This document shows positions 14,205 to 26,524 of a stretch of DNA of 64,000 bases, one piece after another; the stretch's first letter is position 1; every line of letters begins with the position of its first letter. The position numbers and the translations under genes were made by a program. The stretch lies in the NCBI RefSeq assembly GCF_006345805.1, contig NC_042999.1:30752001-30816000 (forward strand), in the 5' to 3' direction. The notes under the pieces were generated by a model. The model worked only from the letters and a program-made list of their open reading frames with translations, was not told the DNA's origin and made no database searches. This DNA comes from Octopus sinensis (Eukaryota).

Positions 14205-15025
14205 AATCCCGCTACGACAAGTGACGGCGTTGCAGGGGAAAATCTGGGAGTCGATGAAGATCACCTAAGCGCTCTGTTTCGGAGAACTTTCGAGAAATTC
14301 CTTGCCTGGCAGTGCTACCGAGGGGCGCTGACTGTTTGTGATAAAATTTACCAGTACGGAAGGGCTGTCAGCCGGACCAGCCCGAGTTGCGCCCAGAATG
14401 ATGGAACCATTCTGCACACTCTAGTCCAATGTTCAAGTTTTGCTGAACTGTGGGTTTATATCGAGCACCTGCTGTCAGATGTAAGATAGATCCGGCTATC
14501 AGTTGAATCCATTGTGAAGATTGCCCCACCGCCCTCATTTGGCCGGGAGGAACAGGCAATTTTAATTTGTTTAGTGGCTGTAGCGAAAGATGTAATAGAG
14601 TGGACCTGTTTGAAAGGCCTAAAGACAGACACTTTCCTCTTTGGCCAAGCCCTCACCAAATAATTCAAGTTTCACTTGAAAAGGAAGTTGAGGGTGGAGA
14701 TAGAAGTGTTGCCTTCTGGCAAGTTTGTTGAAAAGTGGATGAAGACTGACCAGTGTGAAAGGACTAATTCTGAGCGTGCATCTGTAAAAACGGAATCAAA
14801 GGAGAAGGGCTATTGCTCTGATGATCAGGCCCTAGTAGCTTTTGTGAGTTTTCCCACGAGGACCTTAAAGCGCTTCCCTTTTGGGAGTTTTAGTTGGTTC
14901 AATTTTAATTCTTATTTATATTGTTTACACGCAGAAAACCCATCGTTTTGTCCTGGTTTTGTCTTTTATGTCATTGAATGTATTTTAATGTTATTTTATA
15001 TGAGCCCTTGTGGCTAACAAAAGAA
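14205..15025 (+). mobile_element. 5'-truncated Tx1/L1-like LINE, 3' end (diverged relative of 43097-44887)
   Basis: Nucleotide and peptide similarity to the 43-44 kb copy (LAWQCYRGAL, HTLVQC, ttcacttgaaaaggaagttgagggtggag). Ends ccttgtggctaacaaaagaa followed by (TAT)n. Confidence 0.85.
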
Positions 15026-15029
15026 TAGA

Positions 15030-15172
<143 letters not shown>

Positions 15173-15174
15173 GT

Positions 15175-15392
15175 CGTTGTTTTATCAAGTAACTTTAGAA
15201 GCCAAATATCCTTGCTGTCCCTAATAAGACTGGAGTTGTACTAAACTGGACTTAATACCTATTTCTTTTATCCATCTGTTCGGATCTTTAGTGATAGTTC
15301 TCAATACACCTATAACTACTGGGATGCATTTTACCTGCACTTTCCATACTCTCTGTAATTCAATAGCCCGGTCCTGGTACTTTCAATGATTT
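15175..15392 (-). mobile_element. R4/Dong-like LINE 3' end
   Basis: Minus strand translates to KYQDRAIELQRVWKVQVKCIPVVIGVLRTITKD (REL C-terminus). It runs into (TAA)n on the element strand. Confidence 0.75.
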
Positions 15393-15870
15393 TAATACTT
15401 TCACATAGAATGTTGATGATAGTCATAAAATTAATAGCTCCTAGGATTGATGAGATACCTGCTAGGTGACGTGAAAAATGGTTAAATCAACAGAATGACT
15501 TATGTGGGCTAAACTCTTTGAGATGGGAATAAACAGTTCATCCAGTTCCTAAATATCTTTCTACTGCAGCTGATGATAATACTAGGTTTAGAGAAGGAGG
15601 TAGAAATCAGAAGTCTATATTATTTATTCGAGGGGATGGTATATCTGGAGCTTCTAATATTAGGAGCTCCAGATATAGCATTCTCCAATTATAACGGGTA
15701 TGAACAGAAAAAATATTAATACAAATGCATGAGCTGTAATAAATAATTCTTATTACTTATATCATCAACATACTATGTGAAGGCCATTAGGTTTATGGTT
15801 GTCGTTGTTGTTGGCTACCTGTACCCTTCTCATGACTAATATTACACGCTTATATATGCCAAATCCTATG

Positions 15871-16284
15871 CTCTTTACTCTTTTACTCTTTTACTTGTTT
15901 CAGTCATTTGACTGCTGCCATGCTGGAGCACCGCCTTTAGTCGAGCAAATCGACCCCGGGACTTATTCTTTGTAAGCCCAGTACTTATTCTATCGGTCTC
16001 TTTTTGCCGAACCGCTAAGTGACGGGGATGTAAACACACCAGCATCGGTTGTCAATCGATGGTGGGAGGACAAACACAGACACACAAACATATACACACA
16101 CATACATATACATATATACGACAGGCTTCTTTCAGTTTCCGTCTACCAAATCCACTCACAAGGCTGTGGTCAGCCCGAGGCTATAGCAGAAGACACTTAC
16201 CCAAGATGCCACGCAGTGGGACTGAACCCGGAACCATGTGGTTGGTAAGCAAGCTACTTACCACACAACCACTCCTGCGCCTAT
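15871..16284 (-). mobile_element. SINE family A, full length, low divergence
   Basis: Reverse complement of the 21497-21906 copy, including the (AGAGTAAA)n tail. Confidence 0.92.
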
Positions 16285-16289
16285 GACTA

Positions 16290-17725
16290 TATCTTTACTG
16301 AAGAGTCTTACAGAGGTAACACTTACATCTATTAGTCTACAAGAATTTTCTTCACGGCCTTTTAATTATATCTCGTCGATTAGCCTGGATCGCTCTGTCA
16401 GTATGGACTGGAAAATCCCAGAGGATCGTGACACTTTAACCTTCGACGATGATGGCTCAGGATGAAGTACATACCGGTGTTCGAGTATACGATCCGTCTG
16501 AAAATCATAGTCTCAGAGTATCATTCCTTTCCCATCCTCCTGCATAACTTTACTTGGTACATGCTCATACCAGTTCTCTGTTACTTCATGTCGGTATTTA
16601 CGGCATAAGAGCCAATGAATTACACACACACACTTTATAGTGGTGGCGCTGGTATTATTTTTGTGCAAGGCTCTCACATCCGCTCACCAAATGGGTCATA
16701 TTTCCCCTACTCTTTCCACAGAGTCTGCATTTCTGTGTGTCAGAGATCCATAGATGATATACTTCACTGAATTGGTTGCGAGACCCTGGTCTTGTGCATC
16801 AGTGATCAGGCTTTCGGTGTTACGCTTCAAATCACCTCGCTCAAGCCATGCCCACGATGCTGTATACGGTATTATCTTTAACATCCCGTGTATTTCTTTC
16901 AAACTGTCCATGCATTCTCATTTCAAGAAGGTCTTCTTTTCTCTTCTCAGCCCTTTGGTTTAACTCTTCCTTGCCCATCATTTCATCTGCATTTACACAC
17001 ATATCTTTCGCGGCATATTGCAGCAGTTCTTCATCATTATTTATCAAATAATCGGCAAGCGTTCTCTTTCACTCTTTATACAATGGTCTGCCACCATTAT
17101 TTCCTTTCCTTTACGTTGGCTTTAGGGTGTAGAGCCCCATGTAGCTTCATCAACTTTCTCGTCCAGAATTGATATTTCTACCTTAGTCCATTTGAGGATG
17201 GACACAATATATTTGACTATATCTGATCATCGCAACTGCCCAGCATTCGTTGCAGTAACCCAACGTTTGGTATGGAGGTTGGATTTCAACAATATCTTCA
17301 CCCTTTTTTGATACATCTCGCTGACCTTGATTTTCCTTTCTCTGTATAGTATGTCATCCAGCTCCAAAATCCCTAAATATCTATACCCACTAATGTCGGG
17401 TCACCAATGGTCTTTCCTGATGGTAAAAGCAGTCCTCCCCAGGATCCTATCTTCCCTCTTTTCATATTAAGTACTGGTCAGTTGGTAATCACAAATTCCA
17501 TACCGATGCCCCTACCACACTTCTGCACTTTTTTGGTTTAGGAATCTATCTGTTTTTCAGATTTCTCAAACAATTTCAGGTAATCCATAAACAGAAGATG
17601 GTTCAATGATGCGCCTTCCTTCCCATATATGTAACCCATCTTAAACTTACCTAAGTGTCTTTGTTATGGGTATGAGTGCAATTACAACAAGTAACGGAGA
17701 AAATGAGTAACCTTGGGAGATACCC
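16290..17725 (-). mobile_element. Decayed R4/Dong-like LINE (RT to zinc knuckle/REL)
   Basis: Motifs GISQGYSFSPLLVVIALIP, LNHLLFMDYLKLFEK, MHGQF, WAWLERGDLKRNTESLITDAQDQGLATN and ILWDF..TDR.I.ANR. Confidence 0.85.
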
Positions 17726-17823
17726 CTTTTAATTTTAACATAATACATTACTTGAGTCCAATTTGGTTTTCCACTGTCATGCTATGCATCAGAAAATTTT
17801 TGATGTTGTCAGCAACACCAAAT

Positions 17824-17892
17824 ATCATCATCATTATCATCATCATAATCATCATCATCATCGCCGTTGCCTTAGTCATCATCATCATCATC

Positions 17893-17932
<40 letters not shown>

Positions 17933-18163
17933 TCATTATCTTCATCATCGTCGTTGACGTCATCGTCGCCGTGGTTGTTGTTCTAAAAGACTTTCGAATA
18001 ATTCTTAATTACCGGTTATTCTTTACTTGAAAGCAGGCAATAACAAATCACCAGAGGTTTTAAGTAGTGTCTTCTCCTGTGATTCAAAGAGACAATACTC
18101 TCCTTAGAATGCGAGCTGTACCCAACAATGCTGCGTTCTGATAGCAGCTCCAATATTTTTAAT

Positions 18164-18196
<33 letters not shown>

Positions 18197-18227
18197 GTCG
18201 TCGTCGTCGTCGTTGTGGTCGTCGTCG

Positions 18228-18268
<41 letters not shown>

Positions 18269-18300
18269 GTTGTGATTGTTGTCGTTGTCATTCTGTTGTC
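17824..18300. repeat. Compound (ATC)n/(AGT)n/(GTC)n trinucleotide arrays
   Basis: Directly visible, interrupted by about 170 bp of other sequence. Confidence 0.9.
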
Positions 18301-18399
18301 TTATATTTTTCACATGCTTTCACTGCCCTATAAGAGAGGCAAGGAAGAAATATGTATTTCATACGAAATTAGGTCAGAATAAGATTAACTACTAAGTAA

Positions 18400-19240
18400 A
18401 AGCATAACCAAAGATCAAGAAGTCATTGAAAAAATATGATCTTGCACGATGACATCTTCAGAGAAGTCACAAGGAACACAGATCCAAGTTAACGTGGGAT
18501 GTAATTGAAAAATAATGACCGGAGAATGAAACCGATGGCTTCCTGTTCGCAACACGGGAACAAAGTACATGAAATTTAGGATTTAGCAGTCCTTACAACA
18601 TGTCAAATATAGAAATGTGGCCAAACTGGCGTGGCACATTTTAAGTGGATGCTGAAATTGGCTCAGCAAGTATACAAGTGAAGGAATTACAATGTCGATA
18701 GACAGACTCACTGAAAACTAGATTTGACTCGAAAAGACGAGAAAATGAGATGGACACGAGTCAAAGTGTGTGTTAGAATGATATTTAGGAAACACATGAT
18801 CCAATATTATCATCGAATAGACCACTGGAAACCAAATGTTCTACTGGAACATAGCGGTGAAAAGAGAACATTTTCATAGAAATCTTGTTTCCTAGTACAG
18901 CAGCATCGTAGACAAAGATAGAGAAAGAGAAAACCTGATGGAAATTTGAAGTTTATAAGTAATGAAAAACATGTATATTCAGCCAATATTTTCGGTGCCT
19001 CTGTTACAGTGAGCAAAGAAACAGAAAAATAGTTGGAAAGAATTAGCATAAGACAGAAAACAGAGCGCATACAGAAAACAGCATTACTTGGCAGTGCAAA
19101 AAGTCTCCACAAAGTTCTCGAGGTTTGCAAGAACGTACTTTTTACATGACCGGGAGTGAATAGCTAGTTGTCTTAGTCACACTCACAGCAACAGTGTATA
19201 ACATATGTAATAAGAACAACAAGGGCAATATTAATAATAA
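18400..19240 (+). mobile_element. R4/Dong-like LINE 3' end, highly decayed
   Basis: Motifs ETDGFLFATREQ, HILSGC.KLAQQVYK and IQKTALLGSAKSLHKVLE, then a 3' UTR ending in taataataat. Confidence 0.75.
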
Positions 19241-19244
19241 TTAT

Positions 19245-19632
19245 TTCTTTCTATGATAGACACACGGCCTTAGACTTGAGGGTGGGGGAGCTAGTCGATT
19301 ACATCGAACCCAGTGGGCGACTGATACTCGAGTGATTGTCCTCTAAAGGATAAAAAGTATATTCGACCTCGGCGGAAATTGAACTAGAAATGTAAATCCA
19401 TAAGAAATGTCGCTAAGCAATTTATCCAATGTATTAATTATTCTACCGGATCTCTGCCTTAATAATAACAACGTCGACAACGTCGAAGACGACGATGACG
19501 ACCAAGACAAGGATTACGATTATGTGGATTTCAAATTTTAGAACAAGGGGAGGAGCTACATCGATTTCCTCGACGCCAGTGCTCAAACATTACTTATTTT
19601 ATCGAGCCCGAAATGATGAAAGGCAAAATAAC
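19245..19632 (-). mobile_element. Two adjacent SINE family B copies (one near complete, one partial)
   Basis: Both carry the shared motif gtcgattacatcga..ccagtg..tactt.ttttatcga.cccgaaa.gatgaaaggcaaagtcgacctcggcgg also seen at 48300 and 63630. Confidence 0.75.
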
Positions 19633-19739
19633 ATTTACTATCACCACACTATATTACTTTTGTTCATATTTTTGTCGTCGTGGTAGTCATCGTATTCTTT
19701 TTTTTTTTTGTTTGGCAACATCTTCCTAACATCATTTTC

Positions 19740-19786
19740 CTCAAGACTACCATCACCATCATCATCATCATCATCATCATCACCAC

Positions 19787-19824
<38 letters not shown>

Positions 19825-20225
19825 ACATCATCATCGTCATCATCATCATCATCATCAACACCTCTGCCGTCATCACCACCATGATTATTATCACCACTGC
19901 TGATTACAACATGTATCACATTACTTTCATAATTGTCATAATTATTATCATCGTCAACGTCGTGGTCATCATCGTCATCGTCGTCGTCATCGTCGTTGTC
20001 GTCGTCGTCGTCGTTGTCGTCGTCGTCGTCGTTGTCGTCGTCGTCGTCATCATCACCACCACCACCACCAGCATCATCATTCTCATCCTCCTCCTTATCA
20101 TCATTATCATTGTCTTCACCAACATCAACATCCCTACGCCATCATGATTATCATCAACAACATCCTCATCATCACTACCACCACCACAGCCACCACCACC
20201 ACCAATACCATCATCTTCATCACCA
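19740..20225. repeat. Mosaic trinucleotide array (ATC/GTC/ACC/CTC)
   Basis: Directly visible. Confidence 0.9.
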
Positions 20226-21322
20226 TCGCTTGCTCCGTTGATTCCTCATCCTCACCTTCTTGTCCCAATGTTTATTCAATTGCATTTTCCCCGCCTTTTA
20301 TTCACATTCCATCAATCATACATTTAACTGCTTCATATTTTATGACAATAAGTTGTGTCTCAATGGTTCATCACTATAAAATCCTCTGTTCATAGGTGGC
20401 ATAATCGATTTAATCTTATGTTAGCAAGTTAGCAACAAATCAGTTTGACAGTTTCTACATGATTGTTTGACCTGTTTAAATACGCTAGCCATATCTCTTT
20501 TAAGTTATATTATTCCTTCTAAAATAAAGAAGGATCCGTTGAATGATATTACCCACAATATACAGAACGTGGAACTGGTTATGACGATTACAAAGTTCGC
20601 AAAGACTGTCTGGGTCAGGGATGATCTTGGCCTAAAGAACAAGATCAAGATTAAGATTTTATGGTCACATTCTTCCCATTTCTGGTATTGACGCTCAAGG
20701 AAGAGTAGGCTTCCCTGGCCATTGGTACCGTGCAGGATAACAAACCTTACTGGGCGTCATATTTCTAACGGTTTTGACTCTCTAACACAGTGTAAAGAAA
20801 TCTAATTTACATCGAAGTATTTAACAGAATTTCACAGCATGAAACTGAGTATCTTTAAACGATAATAAGAGACAAATATTTCTCGTTCGAATTGCGAAAT
20901 TCGCCACGGGTTCAAACCCTTGAAGATAAAGTATCATAGAAATAATAAAACCGACAAACAGCCATAAACTTTTCGTTTCATGGCATATTATTTGAAATTC
21001 AAAACAGTATCAGTGCTGTGTGTATTTTTCCTCCTTAATTAAACCTACTAATATTTCTGCTATGCAAACTTCTTAAACCAACATTCCTCGTAAAGAGGAT
21101 CCTCTAGATGGTCGTTCGAACTACTGTTGAAGTGAATCGGTCGACCAACATAACAAAACCACCTGGCACATAGGATAGCTTTAGCAGCATCCACTCTTAA
21201 GAGTATTCCAGACACGCAATTCTGTCCCACTGCCCCAGAAATGTCCAATCATTCCAGCTGTAATTACAGCAATACGGTACGTGCATGTGTGTGTTTATAC
21301 CTATGCATATATACATATATAT

Positions 21323-21352
<30 letters not shown>

Positions 21353-21354
<2 letters not shown>

Positions 21355-21425
21355 ATACTATATTTGTTCCACGTCCTCGCGTTGTTATGTTTTTTTGTGT
21401 TTTCTTGTTTGGATTAACTTTATAT
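21353..21425 (+). mobile_element. 3' fragment of repeat family G (same family as 63185-63425)
   Basis: taatactatatttgttccacgtcctcgcgttgtt...tttggattaactttatatat is nearly identical to 63343-63420. Confidence 0.85.
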
Positions 21426-21496
21426 ATATATATATATATATACATACATATACATACATATGTGTATATATATATATGCACATACATACATAAATA

Positions 21497-21906
21497 TATG
21501 CGCAGGAGTGGCTGTGTGGTAAGTAGCTTGCTTACCAACTACATGGTTCCAGTTTCAGTCCTACTGCGTGGCATCTTGGGCAAGTGTCTTCTGCTATAGC
21601 CTCGGGCCGACCAATGCCTTGTTAATGGATTTGGTAGACGGAAACTGAAAGAAGCCTGTCGTATATATGCATATATATATATGTATGTGTGTGTATGTGT
21701 TTGTGTGTCTGTGTTTGTCCCTCTAGCATTGCTTGACAACCGATGCTGGTGTGTTTACCTAGCGGTTCGGCAAAAGAACCCGATAGAATAAGTACTGGGC
21801 TTACAAAGAATAAGTTCCGGGGTCGATTTGCTCGACTAAAGGCGGTGGTCTAGCATGGCTGCAGTCATATGACTGAAACAAGTAGAAGAGTAAAAGAGTA
21901 AAAGAG
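21497..21906 (+). mobile_element. SINE family A, full length
   Basis: Same head, body and tail as the other family A copies. Confidence 0.92.
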
Positions 21907-21955
21907 TATATGTATATTTATGCATATATATATATGTATATTATGTTTACATATA

Positions 21956-21987
<32 letters not shown>

Positions 21988-23083
21988 GTTATATATATAT
22001 ATATATAATATTTGCATAATTGCATAAGTATATGCTATAATATATATATACGTGTGTGAATGTATATATTTATGCATTAAGACTTCAGATTTGAGAGATT
22101 TCGATATTTCTCACCTACATACATTTCCGTTGTTTTCTCTAAGAATAACAACCATGGGTAGGCTACTTTCTTGGCTGAACAAACTGCTGTAAAGGCATTT
22201 CCTTTAAATCCATTGACTCAGCCTATTTTCCACTTATTGTATTAGGATTTCGAAGTTCTCCGCGTTATCGTGTGATTTAATACTCGCTATTAAATCACGA
22301 GCCACAGTCACTTTCATTACTGACATTTTTCTATTTCGATTACAATGTTTCATGTTAGAAGCAGTTGAAACAATGTTTCTGTGAACTTTTAGGTTGAATG
22401 TTATAGGGAAAGGTTACTTTAAAACGATATTCAACGAGAAGGACATATGTAATGGGAAACATCTACTTAAACTGAAATGTCTCCATGGAACAAAACTTAA
22501 ATAAAATTTACAAATGAATCGCTGTATTCTAGAGTACAATAATAATGTAGAAACTCATTAATCAGTATTATTGCTGAAAAGCCATTAGTAGTGAGTATAG
22601 GAATGGATTAGAGTTGAAATTAAAGCGAAGACTGGATATCGCAGTGCATTTGTGTATTTTAGATTCAGTCGGAAATAAATGTCACTAATAAGTGAGATAC
22701 ATAGTTTAAATAAATATTAGACGCAAGCATGCCTGTATGGTTAAAAAGTTCACTTTACAACCACATGGTTTCGTGTTTGATATTACTTTGTAAAGTGCCA
22801 CGCGACACGCGCAGTTTCGTTATTACCTAGATATAATGAATTGATTAATCTCAAAGGAGAAAAGGACAAGAATTCTCAGTCTATTAATAATATAACTGAA
22901 ATATGTAGGAAGGTATGTCTGCGTTTGCACAATTAGTAGCAGACTATGTTTTACAGAAAAGCTTAAGTAAAATTTAATCATGCCTGAATGTATATCCATG
23001 ACAAATTTAAAGTAATTATAAAATATTTTCGGTTTTCTATCCCAAGAAGTTAATCTGCACTTCGCTCTGTGGTCTCTCTGCAG

Positions 23084-23109
23084 ATGCCACCACAACGAAA
23101 TTTTCTCAG
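23084..23109 (+). CDS. Candidate 26-nt micro-exon
   Basis: Branch-like ttaat, then tctctctgcag|atgccaccacaacgaaattttctcag|gtaatg. All three frames are open. Confidence 0.2.
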
Positions 23110-23834
23110 GTAATGTTCTTCATTTATCTAACCAATAAAAATAACTTTCAATAAAATACAATGTGCATTAGTCATTCTACTAATATAGGCAGCGGTGATT
23201 GGACAGTGCATCAGAAAGAAGGACTAACATATATTTCGAAGATCGAATTCTTTCAAAGCATACTATAATTATTCCATTTCAGTTTAGGTTGGAGAGGGTG
23301 AAATTTCGATAGCTGTGAAACTATTCTAAGGATTCTAATGACTTATTTTCCATTAGACAAAATTTTAGTTCCTTCAAAATTACTTGTCACATAACCTCTA
23401 ATTTTGTAGACTGCGCTTAACTATGTATTAGACATGCAAATGTTTACATTACGTATTTCAGTAGCATGTGTGTGTATGTATGTATGTATGTATGTATGTA
23501 TGTATGTATGTATGTATGTATGTATGTATGTACGTACATACGTAATAATGCATGTATCTGCATGTGCATATTCATGATTTTAAGCAATTTTCCCGCATAA
23601 CTTAATTCAATGTATACGTACTGTATGTAGTTTGAGCATTTTTGAAATAAACACACACATACACCCACACATACATACACCAAAACACACACACATACAC
23701 ACATATACGTGTTTGTGCGTGTGTGTGTCTAGGAGTATATATATATGTGTGCAAGTATGCATGCATCTGTTTATGTACGTACGTATGAATGTATGTATGT
23801 ATGCATGCATGTATGTATGAGTATATAAAGGGGG

Positions 23835-24010
23835 AGAATTCACGAAAAAAAAGCTAAAGACGAAGACAGGTGGTGTACAAAACAAACGGATATATTAGTA
23901 TAACGCTTGGGAATTGAAAAAGTCTTTTACGTTTCGAGCCTACGCTCTTTTGAAAGAAACAAGGTGAGAAAAAATATGTGTAGTGGCTAGCGATCCATCA
24001 TGGCGAAATA
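23835..24010 (-). mobile_element. Repeat family E (Penelope pLTR-like, degenerate hammerhead motif)
   Basis: Homologous to 36520-36740 and 60610-60810. Minus strand reads gagcgtaggctcgaaacgtaaaag. Confidence 0.7.
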
Positions 24011-24732
24011 CATATACACAGGAACATCTAAATTTAAGTGACATACCATGTATTTTTCATTTGTCACTTATCTATTAGGAGTTTCTGTCACTGCACTCTG
24101 CCAATATGAGGTACCGCCTTGCAGATTTTGATTCAGACAAATAGATCCCAGTAATTCATTTTTTAAAACATGTTACTTTCTGGTATTATGACGGTTTATT
24201 TTCCATTTCTGCTAGGTCACATGGACACAATCATTGTTTGCCATATGTTGGGGATTAAGCAAAAAAAGAAATTCTCTCTCTCACACACACGTCCACACTA
24301 ACAAACACATACATATACACAGTGTGTTGCCAAATGGTCCCTTCGGATTTTTAAGCGAATATAAAGCACAAGCTTTAAACACAATACTGTTAATTGAAAC
24401 AACGGTATTGGCGCCACTTCCTTCCACTATGCACAGATGCATAATTTCCTGCTCAAACAATTTCCTGTCTTTACTAATGAAAGACTGTTGCTGGTAAATG
24501 CTTACATACTCTTTCGATTTTTCGGTTTTCCCATTCAATGAATATTCAAAAGAAGATAACATGCCGAAAACAAAAGGCGCAGTATCGTCCGAATATGAAA
24601 GGTGCAGTAAAACCTCCTAGCTAAGCACCTTTAACATCTACTGCACCTTGCATTGTTGCAATGAAAGACAATTCATTTATGATTAATAACTGTTGGATGT
24701 TTCTGGTGGATCACCACGTTTATTCTGTGCAG

Positions 24733-24926
24733 TTGGTCGAAATATATCCCAGTTCATGGTCGTGTCCGTGGGAAGAAGCTTGTGAAAGACAGCAACATTC
24801 CAATCCCTCCAAATTTACCTTTTTCTGGTGAAAATCTGCTTTGGAGGTTGTTTATGGCTGTTCCTCGGTCAGCATTCTCTTCAGAAAATAGAAACGTTTT
24901 AATCACGTTTCTGCAAAGAATCGAGG
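24733..24926 (+). CDS. Candidate internal exon, product unknown (WSKYIPVHGRVRGKKLVKDSNIPIPPNLPFSGENLLWRLFMAVPRSAFSSENRNVLITFLQRIE)
   Basis: Acceptor ttattctgtgcag and one open frame of 64 codons in unique sequence. The donor gtatat is weak and lies at a microsatellite edge. Confidence 0.2.
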
Positions 24927-24927
24927 G

Positions 24928-25034
<107 letters not shown>

Positions 25035-25299
25035 ATATATATAATATTGCTATACGTATACATATACGAAATTGAAACATGTTTACACAGGTATGAATGT
25101 ATATAAAAATATAGAAACAAATCTAACTATATATACACATACACACTCTCACATATACATATATACACACATATACATATTCAACTGATATGGGATCCAA
25201 ACACCGTGACTGCAGACGTAACCAAAATGATGTATATTGTTTTCAACACACAATTCGTATATTTAAGGAATATCTACGATCATCCTGGTCCTATAATGG

Positions 25300-25677
25300 G
25301 GTTGATGCCCTGTTCATATCTGTTGGCTTGTCAGAGAGAAGTGCCACTTGAACCGAAACTTTTCCCGATCGAAAACCATTTCTGACAAACGCGCTTTGTA
25401 ACAACATCGTGTACATACACAGCACTCATATTCCTGTAGGTCTAAGCGGCTTTCAAGTATTTTTCTTTGTTTTCCTAAAATGAAAAAAAGAAACCTTCAG
25501 GTGTCGCTAATGATCCTTTCCGTTCTCCATTTTCAAGGTGATCTTAAACACATGAAATACAACCGTTATCTTGCAAGTCGTATCAAGCTACTTTCAAGTA
25601 TGTAACAAGTGCGCATGCGAAAGAATACCTAAGGTTTTGTGTCGGAAAAACCGAACGATTACCACTCTGTCCCTAGA
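25300..25677 (-). mobile_element. Mariner-like DNA transposon remnant (left end and transposase N-terminal HTH)
   Basis: Minus strand MENGKDH*RHL..FFHFRK ... RNMSAVYVHDVVTKRVCQKWF resembles Mariner HFRH..LFYFRKG..I..VYG....R.C..WF. A TIR-like gtaatcgttcggttttt lies upstream. Confidence 0.6.
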
Positions 25678-25739
25678 AACACATACATTCATACCCATAA
25701 ATGCACACACAGACACACATATAAATGCATATATTATGT

Positions 25740-25769
25740 GTGTGTATATATATATATATATATCTATAT

Positions 25770-25843
<74 letters not shown>

Positions 25844-25863
25844 ATAATATATATATATATATA

Positions 25864-25919
<56 letters not shown>

Positions 25920-25930
25920 TATATGTGTGT
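25740..25930. repeat. (AT)n microsatellite
   Basis: Directly visible. Confidence 0.95.
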
Positions 25931-26423
25931 ATGTGTACATGGACATGTGGATTGCCGTGTGAAAATGTATAACTCGTCTCCTGTGAGAATTAGTAACGAA
26001 AAACATGTCAAACGAAAAACATGTCAAAATTTACAATACACTGATAAACAATTATCTGAAGTCTCATGTGGAAATTAGTGTCTCTTGTTTATAATTAAGT
26101 TTGAATTCAATACACATATAGGCAATGTAATTATTTTCATTATTCCACAATACGAATGGAATGAGATTATTGTCATTTGATAAAATGAATTTTCACTTTT
26201 AATATATTCGCTATACCAAACAGAGAAATACGTCTACATTCTTCAATTCTGTGTGTGTTTGTGTGTGTGTCTCTGTGTGTCTTTGTGTCTGTGTGTCTGT
26301 GTCTATGCCTGTGTATGCTCAACATTATGATAAATGAATGACATAGCACAACTCAATACTTTTTGAAACTATCAAATTCAATATTTCTTTCTTATTGTTT
26401 ATAAAACTATATTTTCTAATCAG

Positions 26424-26524
26424 TTGAGGTCATAATAGATCGGTTTGCGGTGGAAATATATCTAATGTCTTTTTCATCAAAACTGAATATATCTGATGAT
26501 ACGATAAGGAAATATCGAAGTATA
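26424..26524 (+). CDS. Candidate internal exon, product unknown (EVIIDRFAVEIYLMSFSSKLNISDDTIRKYRSI)
   Basis: Strong acceptor attttctaatcag and strong donor gtaaga. Exactly one of three frames is open (phase 1 to 0). Confidence 0.33.

Noticed and set aside
21212-21241. Minus-strand [10 protein letters not shown], resembling an immunoglobulin J segment or V-set G strand
   Set aside because: Ten residues in a short frame that ends in a stop, with no upstream Ig-domain cysteine motif and no RSS; expected by chance.
22272-22298. 11-bp hairpin gtgatttaata/tattaaatcac, plus similar hairpins at 24599-24649 and 45852-45873
   Set aside because: Too short for pre-miRNA and expected at this frequency in AT-rich DNA. 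Bacterial terminators are irrelevant in this eukaryotic context.
22393-22500. LNVIGKGYFKTIFNEKD, resembling a kinase glycine-rich loop
   Set aside because: No VAIK lysine motif or other kinase subdomain follows in any candidate exon.
25995-26026. 16-bp tandem duplication aacgaaaaacatgtca x2
   Set aside because: Ordinary slippage duplication with no spacer array; not CRISPR-like.
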